NCBI RefSeq assembly: GCF_018977255.1
Contig: NW_024704742.1
Span: 132,248,001-132,312,000 of the forward strand
Source: Callorhinchus milii
Lineage: Eukaryota
Direction: 5' to 3'
Length of the DNA: 64,000 bases
Positions 35,159-47,149 of this stretch are shown here, one piece after another. The notes under the pieces are model-generated. The model was not told where the DNA came from and ran no database searches. It saw only the letters and a program-made list of their open reading frames with translations. The first letter of the stretch is position 1, and each line of letters opens with the position of its first letter. The translations under genes and the position numbers were made by a program.

Positions 35159-36109
35159 AGTGCCCAAAAATGCTTCACAGAGCTTCTGCAAAGTTGTAGT
35201 GACTGTGTGTTTCCAGACACCCGCAGCAGCCAATTTGCATGCAGTATCATCCAGCAAATAGCTGTGAAATGAACGACTGATTTTATTTGTAGGAATGCTG
35301 GTCAGCCCAGGAAAAACTCCCTTCTCTGTTTGTTCTGCTATCGGTCTGCATTTACATCACTCATGAGAGAGAGAGATCAAAACATTCCTAATCCGAGGTT
35401 CATGAGGTACTCATGAGTTATTCCACATGAATAAACTTAACAACCAATTAATTTTTTTTAGGGCCTTGGACATCCCAAGGTGCTAGACAGTCAGGGATTT
35501 GGATCCAAGCTGGTGGTTGAGATCAGGAGGGGTGGAAGGCAGGCTAGGTAGGGGTAGGAGGGTGACCGAAGGCAAGGTTGAAGAGGAGCGTTTTGAGATG
35601 GGACTTGAAGGAAGGAAGGGAGGGAGCGAGGCAAAGGGACTATGGGATGGAGTTGCAAAGGGTGGAGACAGAAAGCCAGGAATTCAGCTCTGTTTATCCA
35701 GTATCACATGTCAGTGGCACGAGGAGCAGCGGTGACTAATTATTTATAATACTGAACATATCAATGTATTTTTGCTATTTTGATATTGTGGTGCTAATTT
35801 TATGGGAGAGAGAAAAAAACAGCTTTCTTGAATCCTGGGAGATTAAAGGATTAAAATCCCCTAAATTAAATGTTGAGGTCAGCATTCCCATTGCTATCCA
35901 TATTTACTGATACATTCCTTTAATTTGCCGGCGTGCAGACCTGTTTTATTCTCTGGCCACACATCAGGATTACTTTGCATTCAATTTTCATCTTGATGCT
36001 AAACTGGAGTTTCACCAAGGTTTCTAGCACATATCTTGCCAGCACTCATTTGCACTTTTGTCGCCATAAATAATCATAGCGCAATTGCATTATACTGATG
36101 GGAATAGTG

Positions 36110-36400
36110 TAGCCTTTTAAGTCGGAGGACATCCCAAGTTGCTCGACAGTGAAGGGTTTGCACCCGGGCTGTGGGTTGGAATCAAGAGGGTTGGAGGGTA
36201 AGGGTGGGGTGGATGTGGAAGGATAACTGAAGGCATAGTCCGTAAGGAAGGTCCTGAGACAGGCCTTGAAAAAGGCAATGGAGGGGGTGAGGCAGAGGGA
36301 CAGTTAAAAGGGTGGGGGCAGACAAGCTGAAGGGCCAACCACCGATGGTGGAGCAGGCAGAATGCAACCCAATACCCACCAATCAGAGGAAGCGGACAGA
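36110..36400 (-). mobile_element. L2 3' fragment
   Basis: STIGGWPFSLSAPTL; similar fragment at 35460-35670 (-). Confidence 0.72.
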
Positions 36401-36409
36401 TTGGTAAAA

Positions 36410-36810
36410 TTTACACACGGAAATGTTCCTTTGTTTGAAATAGAATGCACACTCTTTCCCTGGAAGGACATACCCCACTTACCTAATTCCAGAGAGTATT
36501 AGGCGGAGGTTGGGAAGAGCCAAAGATTGAGGTCCCCAGAATGCGAGTTGGGAATCTAACCAGCTAAAATCGCATAGCTTGCCATTGAGAGCACTGCAGG
36601 GCAACCTTCCCACTGCTTGTCCAGGTAGGACCATCCTACCTGTCAGGGCTTTGATTTGCAGTGATAACGGGAGCTGAGAGGGCGATAGAATCCCTACCCC
36701 CATTGACTGGTATGCCCTTCCAAGTCCTGCTGATGAGCCAGGCTGGGCTGGTCTGTCACCAGCCGTGCCCTGGAATACTACAGACCTATCTGGGTCAGGA
36801 ACCGGGGGCA
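36410..36810 (-). repeat. Family D, 400 bp internal copy
   Basis: CTTACCTAATTCCAGAGAGTATTAGG..CAAGTCCTGCTGATGAGCCAGGCTGG matches 1653-1980. Confidence 0.85.
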
Positions 36811-37277
36811 GAAAAAAAGGATAAAGAAGGGATAAAAAAGCAAGAGGCAAATAAGAAGCAAACGTAAAAGGCATAAGCTCACGGTGGTCCCTGGAAGGGC
36901 TAGATGAATTATTTTTTTTGTTTTATTGCAAAAATAATAATCCTTGCTTTTGATAATTATCACGTTGTTGAAATGTCTCAAAGAGTTTCACAGGATTTAC
37001 TCAAAAGTTTATTGAACTATGTGTATTTTGTAGGCAAACATAAAAGTCAATTTGGGTACAGCAAAGTCCCAAAGACATCCATGAAGTGAATGAACAATTT
37101 TCTCGGGGGAATTTTGTCCAAGGACACTGGGAGAAATTCCATTCAATTTTCAAATAGTACCAAAGGAGTATTAGCATTTGGCTCAGTGGGTAGAGGCCTT
37201 GCCACTAATTCAGAAGGATGTGAACTCAAGCCTCACACAGAGATTTTATTCGAATATCTAGAATAACACTCCAGCCT

Positions 37278-37700
37278 ATCACCCCCATTCTTGCTCAGCT
37301 CTATTGGCTCCCTTTTCCCCCAGCGGATCAAGTTCAAGATCCTCATTGTCACCTTTAAATCCCTCCACAGTCTCGCCCCACCTTACCTCCGTGATCTCCT
37401 TCAACTCCACCAACCCAGCAACTTCCTTTGCCCAGCGAACATCAGCCTGCTTCAAGTCTTTCAGCCATTCTGCCCCAGCTCTCTGGAACTCCATCCCAGA
37501 GTCCCTCTGACTCGTTCCCTTTCCCTCATTCACCTCTTTTTAGGCATGTCTCAGAACCGTACCTCTTTGACCCCGTTTTTGGGTGTCTTTCCCCTCCGCA
37601 CCTTCTCAGTTCCCACCCACAGCTCAGGTGCCCAATCAGGACTGTGAAGCTCTTTGAGACATCCTTCCGATGTATAATTTATATTCTGAATGTAAATTGT
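37278..37700 (+). mobile_element. L2 3' fragment
   Basis: QRIKFKILIVTFKSLHSLAPPYLRDLL and SFSHSAPALWNSIP. Confidence 0.88.
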
Positions 37701-37789
37701 ACTTCAAAGTTTAATGTGAAGTGTAGTTATTGTGACTTTTGTCAGCAAACACCTAAACAGGAGATGTTTCAATGCGACCAATTAGTAGA

Positions 37790-38230
37790 ACACGGATTGC
37801 TTTGTCGTACAGGTGGGGAGAGTCCAAGGTCTGTTGCTAAACAAGGGGTGGTTTGAACTGGAGCTGATGGTGGGAACAATGATGTAATCCCCAGGTTCCC
37901 AAGCTCAGGAGGGGAAAAAGTATCCAGCGTTCTGCTCCCCTTACTCAATACAATCCATCAACACCCTTCCTGTTTACCCACTCGCCCCCCCCCACCATCC
38001 CCACCTGATCTCACTGGAATTGCAAGGATAGAATTGGGCTCAATTGTGATTCACACCCCCCTCTCCCTCCTTCCCCCCCAGCCCCCCTCCCCACCCCGCA
38101 CACGCGCACATATATGCAAACACAGATGGATAACCCATTGACAGTCTAGACTCACATGGGAATAATGACTGTATGGGCTGAGGAATGGCTTCGCACAGCT
38201 GTTAATCCCCAGTTATAGGTCCCTGTGTTC
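37790..38230 (+). mobile_element. Highly diverged ancient SINE, AmnSINE2-like
   Basis: Ordered blocks AGGAGGGGAAAAA, CCAGCGTTCTGCTCC, AGGATAGAATTGGGCTCAATTGTGAT and GTCTAGACTCACA resemble the AmnSINE2 consensus as I recall it. Confidence 0.45.
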
Positions 38231-39124
38231 AGAAATTGGAGAAAATTAAGGGAGCTTGAAATACACAGACACACACACACACAAATGAATAGCCTGTGTA
38301 TATACTTATACAGGATATTTCTTTTTTTTTGCTCCCATTTTACTGTCAACTACTGATACCACTATTGAGAGGATTGGCTTGACGTGACTAAAGCCGAGAG
38401 GGTAAAGGAGTCAAAATGAGTGGAGATACAATTATTAACCTTGGGCACTTCACCAGTAGAATCATTTGAACTGTGCGTGCTAATTCAGCTCCTCTGAGCT
38501 CATTGCATCCTTCCAGCCGGTTCCCAGATCGTGCCATTAACATTCAACGATTAAACAGAAATATATTGGAAGGCAGCAATAGAAAAGGACGAGAAGGTGC
38601 CCTCAAGTTACTGAGAAACCGATGCCTCGTTTCAGGTTTTACTTCCAAAGCACTTAATAAAAAATAATAATGCTTGCGTTTGATAATGTGCCTTTCACGT
38701 CAGGAGGACACGTAAAAGCGCTTCACAGGATTTACTGTAAACCGAAGCGACGGTATGTTTTATAGCAACTTACAGTGAAATAATGGTAATAATTCTTGCA
38801 TTTGATATAACGGCTTTCACTTTGGAGAAGCGTCTCAAAGCACTTCACAGGATTTCACCGCGAAGTGCGAAGTGCGGTGACTGTGTGTTCTGCAGGTGAA
38901 CGCTGCCATTGAATGTTAACCGATTCGGATACAGTTGCAGGGTGGTTAGTGCAAAGAAGGCACGCAGAGAGAAGAGCAGGGCTGCATTGAATCGGAAGTG
39001 AAATGATGGACCGAAGCCAGCCAGTGGTGGTAACAACCACAGGCAGTTGATTTCGTTACAGTCCACTGATTGTTCAGCCTCTTTATATTCTGCAACATTG
39101 CAGGAACCATAGTAACAGTATTGT

Positions 39125-39380
39125 GCACCATCGGTGGGCCAGCTAGCCTTCAGCCTACTTGTCCCCCCCTCTCTAGAACTCTCATCCTAAATGCCTCGCC
39201 TCACACACTCGCTCGCACCCCCTCTGCTTTCGAAACCTCATCTAAAAACCTATCTCTTTGACCACTACCTTCAGCCACCTCCCTCCTACTCCCCCCCCCC
39301 CCCCATCTCCTATCCTGTTCGAGCTCCCAAGTAAAGCGCTTTCAGACGTCCTCCTATGTGAAACGCGCTGTGTGAGTGCA
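39125..39380 (+). mobile_element. L2 3' fragment
   Basis: CACCATCGGTGG..GCCTTCAGCC..CTCTTTGACC; stem AGCGCTTTCAGACGTCCTCC. Confidence 0.75.
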
Positions 39381-39713
39381 AGTAATTCTTACATTTGATA
39401 CACCTCCTTTCACATCGGAGCAGGGACATCTTAAAGCATTTTACAGGATACACTGCCAAGTGCAGTGACTGTGAATTTTGTAGGTGGGCATGTTCTGAAG
39501 TGCCTTTGGCACATGATAATATCACAAAGTGCTTTACCTTCCTGATCTACCCTCGGCTTGTGTCGCTGCACACACAGCGATGTGAACCTTTCTCCTTCTC
39601 TGCAGAAGCAATGCCGCACTCAGCTTTTGATCTTAATGTTAACTGGTGCCCTGCAGCGCTCTGTGATCTATTGCAAGCGGATTTGAGGTAGAGCAAGGGG
39701 AAGGCTGTACATG

Positions 39714-40066
39714 TAATAATAATAATTCTTGCATTGGATATATATTATCACATCTTCTAGACATCTCAAAACGCTTCACAGAATATACGGTAAAGTGAAT
39801 TGACTGTATATTTTGTGGGTGAAATTGCGCATAACAGTGTCCCACAAACACTCGTGGATTGAAGTGACCAATTTTTTTTTCCCTTTTTAAGGAATTATTA
39901 GCCCCGGAAAAGCAATCTACCAATCGACTAACAACCAGGTTCCTACTTACTGCAAGATAGACAGAGGCATGTGTGAGGAAACTTGCCCAACATTTCGTCC
40001 TACCGGGAATCAACCCAGGTCTCTCTCTTGCGAGGCAAGTGCTCTAACCACTGAGCTACAGGTCTC
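39714..40066 (-). mobile_element. Type B SINE
   Basis: Head, central block and tail all present. Confidence 0.9.
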
Positions 40067-40689
40067 TAACATTAAGTGACATTGTGGGGAGGGAGTGGAG
40101 TGTGGGGGATCGGTGTGAGCTTAACCAGGAGATTTTAATGGAAATTCATGACCTCAAACTAAATTTTTAACACTCTTTGCTTGCTGTAGGCTGGCAGACT
40201 TTGTCTCATACCAGAAAGCTTATATTAGGACAAATACAGTTATTTATTGCACCCTCAAGACCTGTATTGCTCAACATGTATTACTGTTCAACCACTGGCA
40301 AAGGTACACTGTTTCTTTGTGCGTAGTTATTCATTATTATAAATCATCGCTGGTTAATTATTCTTTCTTTCAGCCTCTCATTCCTTTATCCCCCCCTTAC
40401 CTCTCTCTCTCTGTCAGATTTTGAAAGCAATGCATGCCATTGTATACAATCCTGGTTTACGGTGATGACATTCAAAGCGATATAGTGTTATTGATTTCAA
40501 AGCAGGTAGTAACTTCTCTCTCTTTCCAACAATTTTCCTCCCCTCCCTACCCCAATCCGACCTCCCCACAGTGAGGCTGATTGAAATGGCAGTTGGAGAT
40601 ATATAAAACTTTGAATGTGATTGAGAAAGTAAAGCCAGAACAATACTTTTAAATGCACCAAGACAGCGGAACAACAGGACGTAGGTTTG

Positions 40690-41052
40690 TGTGTCAGCCT
40701 GGCACAGTGATAGAAAACTCGCCACTGAGTCAGAAGGTTGTGGGTTCAAGCCCCACATCAGGACAGTCTAAGCTGACACTCCAATGCAGTGCTGGGGAGT
40801 ATGTTGCATTGTCGAACTTGTTGTCCATCAGATAAGGCATTAAAAAAACGAGGTCTCATCTGCCTGTTCAGGTGCATGTTAAAGTTCCTGTGGCACTATT
40901 CGAAAAGAGAAGGGAGTTTCTCCCGGTGTCCTGGTCAACAATTCCCCAAATACAGATTGGTCACTCACTCCATGGCTGTTTGTGGGACACTGCTGTACGC
41001 AACCTGGCTGCCACGTTTCACCCACAAAATACGCAGTCAATTCACTTTACAG
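40690..41052 (+). mobile_element. Deu-domain SINE (type C)
   Basis: GAGTCAGAAGGTTGTGGGTTCAAGCCCCAC head; CTGCCTGTTCAGGTG..TGGCACTATTCGAAAAGAGAAGGGAG core. Confidence 0.88.
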
Positions 41053-41053
41053 A

Positions 41054-41422
41054 AATAATAATAGTCCTTGCATTTGATACAGCGCCTTATCACGTCTTCA
41101 GGACATCTCAAAGCACTTCACAAAATGTACTGTAAAGTAAATTGACTGTATATTTTGAGAGCAAAACGCGACAGCTAATTGCGCACAGCAGTGTCCCACA
41201 AACAGTCGTGGATTGAGTGACAAATTTATTATTTTGTTTTAAGGAATTATTATCCTGGAAAAGCAATCAACCAATCAACTAACAACCGAGTTCCTACTTG
41301 CTGCTGGGTAACCAGAGGCATGTGGAATAAGGAAACTTGCCCAATGTTTCGCACTGCCGGGAATCAAACCCAGGTCTTTCTCTTGTGAGGCAAGTGCTCT
41401 AACAACTGAGCTACAGGACTCC
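41054..41422 (-). mobile_element. Type B SINE inserted tail-first into the preceding SINE
   Basis: Full length; junction CACTTTACAG|AAATAATAAT. Confidence 0.9.
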
Positions 41423-42649
41423 ACAAGTCTGTTATACAGCACTGTTGAAGGAGATCACAAGAATAGTGGGACTGAAATGGCTTTTGAACATTTAATGAGA
41501 AGATCAAGGACAAGGATAGAGCTGTTACCTTTTATCAGGCTAATTCATCCAATCCAAATATGTATTTATATTCCTTTTTGTTGCAAGAAAAGCAGCTAGG
41601 GCGAATCGATCAAAATAGTTCCATTACGTTCGGAAAGAACTTTTATCGTTGCTTAATGAGATGTGGGCCTTCTGGCGCTCAACGCTCAAAAGGTATCTTT
41701 TATATCAAGAAAGGATGAATTCTTTCAGATTCAGTCAGCACCGTCCTCGTGAGGTTTATTATTGTCGTAGGGGATTATTATGCTGTTAGGTGCATTGTAT
41801 TCTGCGTTTCTGTGTTCAGAATGCACAGGGCGATAAACAGTTCCTCTGGCCTCCTGAACTTATCATCGGGATCCCCTGGAGGCTGGTGTCTCTGACTGCT
41901 ATACTGCTGTAGGCACACTCCCTCAGTCATGTATTGTCAGCAAAGGAGCTTGATAATGTCAAGCCTTTTTGGTTTCCATTATCTCTCTCAAACTTACCTC
42001 TGTTCCTTCCAGGGATTCTGACATCAATACCAGCGAAGAATTCCACCACTAGCAATTACTGCCTTGTAAAATGAATCCCCCACACTCTCCCCACTCCTCC
42101 CCCCACCCGCCCCCCACTGCTCTCCAAGCAAATTGCTTGCACATTCACCTAGAAAACACAAGGTCACTCCCTTTTAAAGTAAATCTTATCACATCCCACA
42201 CTCAAGTATAGTGACTGTGTATTTTGTAGGCAGTCAAATTTGCGTTAGGCAAATATAAAATAGAATGAGCAACTTCAACAGTCTTGATTAAAACTAAAGG
42301 GAGGAACAGCTTGTGGGATATTAAGAATGCATACATCAGGGAGAAGGAAATAGGGGGATTAGGAGTGGTGGAGGCTTTTGTGTAGTATAAACACCGGCAT
42401 GGTCCAGTTGTGGCAAATGGCCTGATACTATGCCTTATTGCTTTATGTAACTCCATGATATTAAACGACCCTTGTTATCACAGTATATCATAATATTGAT
42501 CAACACAGTGGAGATTAATGACTTGGATGGTCTTGGACGCATCAATAGCATTGCTTTTCACACAACTACTTGGCAGTAAATGTAATAATACTACACATAG
42601 AGCGCCATAATGTCAAAATGCTTCACAGATATTTGCTGTAAATACTGTA

Positions 42650-42967
42650 TAATAATAATAACAATCCTTGCATTTGATATAGCGCTTTTCACGTCGGGAG
42701 GACATCCAAAGCGCTTCACAGAATATACTGTAAAGTGAGTTGACTGTATATTTGTGGGCGAACGCGGCAGCCAATTGCGCACAGCAATGTCCCACAAACA
42801 GTCATAGATTGAAAATGACCAATTTAATTATTGTTTTTGTTTTTTGGAGGGATTATTATTAGGCGTGTGGAGTAAGGAAACTTGCCCAAGGTTTCGCCCT
42901 GCCTGGAATTGAACTCAGGTCTCTCGCTTGCAAAGCGAGTGCTCTAACCACTGAGCTACAGGACTCC
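42650..42967 (-). mobile_element. Type A SINE, young full-length copy
   Basis: Near-identical to the 13388 copy. Confidence 0.95.
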
Positions 42968-43369
42968 ACGATTGTATATTTCAATGTAAAAGTCACCTTT
43001 GTTGTCAAAGTACACAGGAATGTTTTCCAAACACCCATGAAATTAACAATTAATTTATCTGGAATACTGTTGACTCGGACTTTGGGAATAAATCCCTTTT
43101 CTTTCCAAATGGCACCAGGATAGTCAAGACCTCAATTTAATGTCTCATCCAAAGGGCGGCAGCTACTGACAACACACAGCTTCCCCCAGCACTGGGCTGG
43201 AGTGTTAGCCTGGACTGTGAACTGAAAGTCCTGATGTGGGGCTTGAGCACACACCATGTCACACAAGATGTTATCGAGGAAGTCAAATTAACTGCATGTT
43301 AAAAATGTTCTGTAGAAAAGGTGGTGACAAATTGATAAGAAGTATTTTGTTAGAAAACAGTATAATTAA

Positions 43370-44092
43370 GTGGTAACACTCTCGCCTCTGAATCAGAAGG
43401 TTGTGGATTCAAGCCCTACTATGGGTCGTTGAACTCACATAGTCTAAGATGACACTCCAAAGCAGTGCTGGTGTTCGTCACATTGTCACCGGTGCCATCC
43501 TTCGGATGAGACGTTAAATCAAGGTCCCATCTGCCTCTTCAGGTGGATCTTAAAAATCCCATGGCACTATTTGAAAAGAGATTGGAGTTTCTCTCGGTGT
43601 CCTGGTCAACAATCCCGCAGAAAAAAAATGATCATTGACTTCAGAGTTGTCTGTGGAGCATTGCTGTGTGCAAATTGGCTGCTGTGTTCATCTGCAAAAT
43701 ACACAGCCACTACACTTTACAACAATAATAATAATAATCCTTGCATTTGATATAGCGCTTTTCACCTCGGGAGGACGTCCCAAAGCGCTTCACAGAACAC
43801 ACTGTAAAGTGAATTGACTGTATATTTGTGGGCAAACGCAATGTCCCACAAATAGTCGTAGATTGAAAATGACCAATTAATATTGTTTTTGATTTTTTTG
43901 GAGGGATTATTATTAGGCGTGCGGAGTAAGGAAACTTGCCCAAGGTTTCGCCCTGCCTGGAATTGAACTCAGGTCTCTCACTTGCAAAGCGAGTGCTCTA
44001 ACCACTGAGCGACAGGACTCCACATAAAATCCTGTGAAGAGCTTTTAGGACATCCTCCCAACATGAAAGGTGAAAGTTGCTGTAGCAAATAT
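43370..44092 (+). mobile_element. Type C SINE split by a type A SINE
   Basis: Clear Deu core GGTGCCATCCTTCGGATGAGACGTTAAATCAAGGTCCCATCTGCCTCTTCAGGTGGA; tail resumes at 44025. Confidence 0.88.
43721..44021 (-). mobile_element. Type A SINE, young, nested
   Basis: Full head to tail with a small internal deletion. Confidence 0.93.
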
Positions 44093-44404
44093 AAGGAATA
44101 CTTATTAATTAAGAGCTAAATGAGGAGAAATGCCACTGAATTTATTACTTTTGGAACCCCAAGTTTTACCATTGTCAAGGTTGTCTCCATATTTTAGTGC
44201 TGCAGTCAGTTGCCTGGACAACATGTAGTTCAAAGTTCCCTTCTCTTTACAGAACGCAGGTATTATCCTTTCTGCTTCCCTGCTAGTGTCTCTTGACCTG
44301 GCTGTTGTTTCCTCCATCCTAGCCATGGTGGTATTTCCATCTTTCCTACATAGTCCTGTGGATATGTCTTTCGATGGATAAAAACTCCAGGGCAGTTTCA
44401 CAGG

Positions 44405-44431
44405 TGATTGACTGTCAATCATGCCTGACAG
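44405..44431. promoter_or_regulatory. Palindromic PBX-MEIS/PREP motif plus an extra TGACAG
   Basis: TGATTGAC-T-GTCAATCA (minus strand gives a perfect TGATTGACAG), then TGACAG at 44426-44431, in unique DNA. Confidence 0.4.
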
Positions 44432-44632
44432 TAAATCTGACCGTTACATGACCTGTGAGTGCAGAAGGAAAGTAGAAAGAGATGGGATTGATTTTTTTTG
44501 GATGCACTTTACTGAATTTTCTTTTTCTTTTGGAGAGCGTGAGAGAACAAAGTTGCGGAATTTGCGGAGGGATTGTTTGCTGTCTTTTTTTTTAACTTAA
44601 AAAAAATCACAGGAAAATCTTGTATTTGTCCT

Positions 44633-44752
44633 CAGTCACCCTGACCTTTCCCCCCTGCTCGGGTCCCGATCCAACTGTCCAGCGCCTTGGGACGTCCTCC
44701 CGATGTGAAAGGCGCTCTATAAATGAAATCTTGTTGTTGTTGTTGTTGTTAT
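44633..44752 (+). mobile_element. L2 3'UTR tail with (TTG)n
   Basis: AGCGCCTTGGGACGTCCTCCCGATGTGAAAGGCGCT followed by TTG repeats. Confidence 0.88.
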
Positions 44753-44989
44753 TAGTTACTAATAGGTTAAGTCAGCGGACGGTTCAGAGATTTGTGGCGG
44801 GGAGAGTTTTGCAAGGAGCAGACACCTTAATCAAAAAGGGGAGGTGGAGGGGGGAAAGAAAGAGAAAAAAAAAGTATTGATTGTTCAGTGGCAATGGAGA
44901 TTGAAAGTTCTTATTCAACATTCTGCCAGGAATAGCGCATCCTCTTCTAGAACTATAATCGTTGCAACCAGTAACAAAAGATATATGTC

Positions 44990-45535
44990 AACAACAACAA
45001 CAAATTTTACTTGTACAGCACCTTTCACGTCAGGAGGACATCCCATAGTTTAGTATTCAAAAGGGAAAGGCAACAAAGGTTTGAATCAATTGGATTTTAT
45101 GAATGGGGGAGTTGGGGAGAATAGAGAAGAGGGCATTGGAGAAATCCACGTGGGAGATGACGAAAACGTGGATAAGGTTTTCAGCTGTGTTAAGTTTAAG
45201 TTATGATTGAAGGCGGGCAATGTGGTGGAGGTGGAAGAAAGCAGTCTTGGTCAGGGACTGGATGTAGAATAGGAAGGATAGGCTGGGAATCAAGACGCCT
45301 TGTTCCGCACAGGTTCGGTAAGTCTGAGGAATAGGTCGGGAAAATCATGGAGGTCAGTGCCAGAAGACATTGACAGGAGCCAAGGAGGTTTGCTTCCATC
45401 TTGTCCACATTCAGCTGCAAATGTTGGCGCTCTTCCAGATCTTGATGTCACACGTAGAGTGGGAAGGGTGCAGGGCAAAACACAAAGGTAGAGAAAAGGA
45501 GTTCCAGAGCTTAGGAACACAGTATTGTTGGATTG
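44990..45535 (-). mobile_element. Degenerate L2 fragments
   Basis: (CAA)n tail at 44990; translation LQLNVDKMEANLLGS resembles the L2 RT LxLNxxKTE motif. Confidence 0.62.
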
Positions 45536-45649
45536 GATAACAATCTTCCAAATAGAATTTATCATTCACTTTGTGGCTGTTTGTGGGACATGACCGTGTA
45601 TAAATTGGCTGCCGTGTTCACCCACAAAACACAGTCACTACATTTTACA

Positions 45650-45820
45650 GTAAGCAGGGAGAGTCTCTCTGGGAAGGGAATGCTCATTCCATTCCAAACA
45701 CATGGAAATTTTCTTGTGCAGGTGGCATACATGGGTAGAGCTCTCAGTCTGGTTTGGGTACTCTTAAGCACGGTGATGGGTTTCCACACGTGTCAGACAC
45801 ACAGCTGATGAGACCAAAAA
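45650..45820 (+). repeat. Family D 3' end
   Basis: GGTTTGGGTACTCTTAAGCACGGTGATGGGTTTCC..GTCAGACACACAGCTGA plus A tract. Confidence 0.8.
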
Positions 45821-45919
45821 AGGTTGTTGAATAGCACCACAGATTGTTACATCTTCCTGAACAGGATTTCACTTCCGAAAAGACAGCGACATTGACAATG
45901 CAGCACTCCTCCAGACAAG

Positions 45920-46125
45920 GAATGAGTAATAAGCAACGATTAGACACGCTAGGGTTCTTCAGCCTTGAAAAGAAACATCTCAGAGGGGACCTTATGGAGG
46001 CGGATAAGACTTTAAATGGGGTTGCGAAAGTAAACAAACCCTGAACAATACTTTCAAATACGACAAGGCAGCAGGAGGAGAGGACATGGGTTCCGAGTTT
46101 CAATGAGTGATTTCAGGACAGGTGT
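45920..46125 (+). mobile_element. Old CR1 fragment
   Basis: RLDTLGFFSLEKKHLRGDLMEADKTLNG. Confidence 0.72.
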
Positions 46126-46828
46126 TGTGAGCAACTGAGTCGAACAAGCATCTGAATAATAATAATAATAATCCTTATATCTGTATAGCACTTGTCGCGT
46201 CACTGAAAAAGGGCTTTACAGGATATACTGTAAAGTAGGCAAACGCTTACATAGGGGACAGAGATGAACAAATCGATAATAATAAAATAATAAACCTTGC
46301 ATTTGATGTAGCGCCTTATCACATTGTTGAGACGTCTCAAAGCGCTTCACAGAATATACTGTGAAGTGTACTGGACTGTATATTCTGTGGGCGAAATCTT
46401 AGCAAAGAGAAAGAAAAGGAATTACAAAACTGGTACTTGCTGATAAATAAATTTTACAATAAATTAATCTATTTCCAAACTAACCGTAATTACAAAAGTG
46501 TCAGATGATAATAAATTGTAAGCATCTTTTGGGATGTCGCTACCTTTAGTTATTTTCGGGGACTGAAACCAGGGTTAGGGTTAGGACTGGACCATCTGAC
46601 AATCACTGTTGCAGTGACTGGCTCTTTGTACAATGTGGACCCACAGTAAGTAACTTCTCAAAAATTCTGGAAACGGTTTTAATTCTCATGTGTATGTGTA
46701 TTTCCTTTCATTGTTAAAACATACCACATAGTAGGAGACTATACTGCCCATTTTTCCATGTCAGAGTTTGCTCCTTCAAGAAGCCAACCATTCTTATTCC
46801 TTGCTCTTTTCCATATCCTCTAATTGCT

Positions 46829-47149
46829 GTCCTGTAGCTCAGTGGTTAGAGCACTCGCTTTGCAAGCGAGAGACCTGAGTTCAATTCCAGGCAGAGGGCC
46901 AAACCTTGGGCAAGTTTCCTTACTCCACACAGAGCCTAATAATAATCCCTCCAAAACAAAACAATAATAAATTGGTCATTTTCAATCTACGACTGTTTGT
47001 GGGACATTGCTGTGCGCAATTGGCTGCCGCGTTCGCCCACAAATATACAGTCAATTCACTTTACATTGTGTTCTGTGAAGCGCTTTGGGACGTCCTCCCG
47101 ACGTGAAAAGCACTATATCAAATACAAGGATTATTATTATATTATTATT
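46829..47149 (+). mobile_element. Type A SINE, young (CACAGAGCC variant)
   Basis: Full length; shares diagnostic insertions with 50163-50481. Confidence 0.95.

Noticed and set aside
41998..42148. Minus-strand exon-like segment with strong splice sites (TTTTCTAG|..GAG|GTAAGT)
   Set aside because: 151 nt with stops in all three frames; only a non-coding exon remains possible and there is no evidence for one
46571..46585. TTAGGG telomere-like repeat
   Set aside because: Only about 2.5 units; compatible with chance
46906..47106. Recurring peptides (MGKFPYS.., LWDIAVRNWLPR.., RYIKCKDYYY) suggesting a gene family
   Set aside because: Chance translations of the SINE consensus
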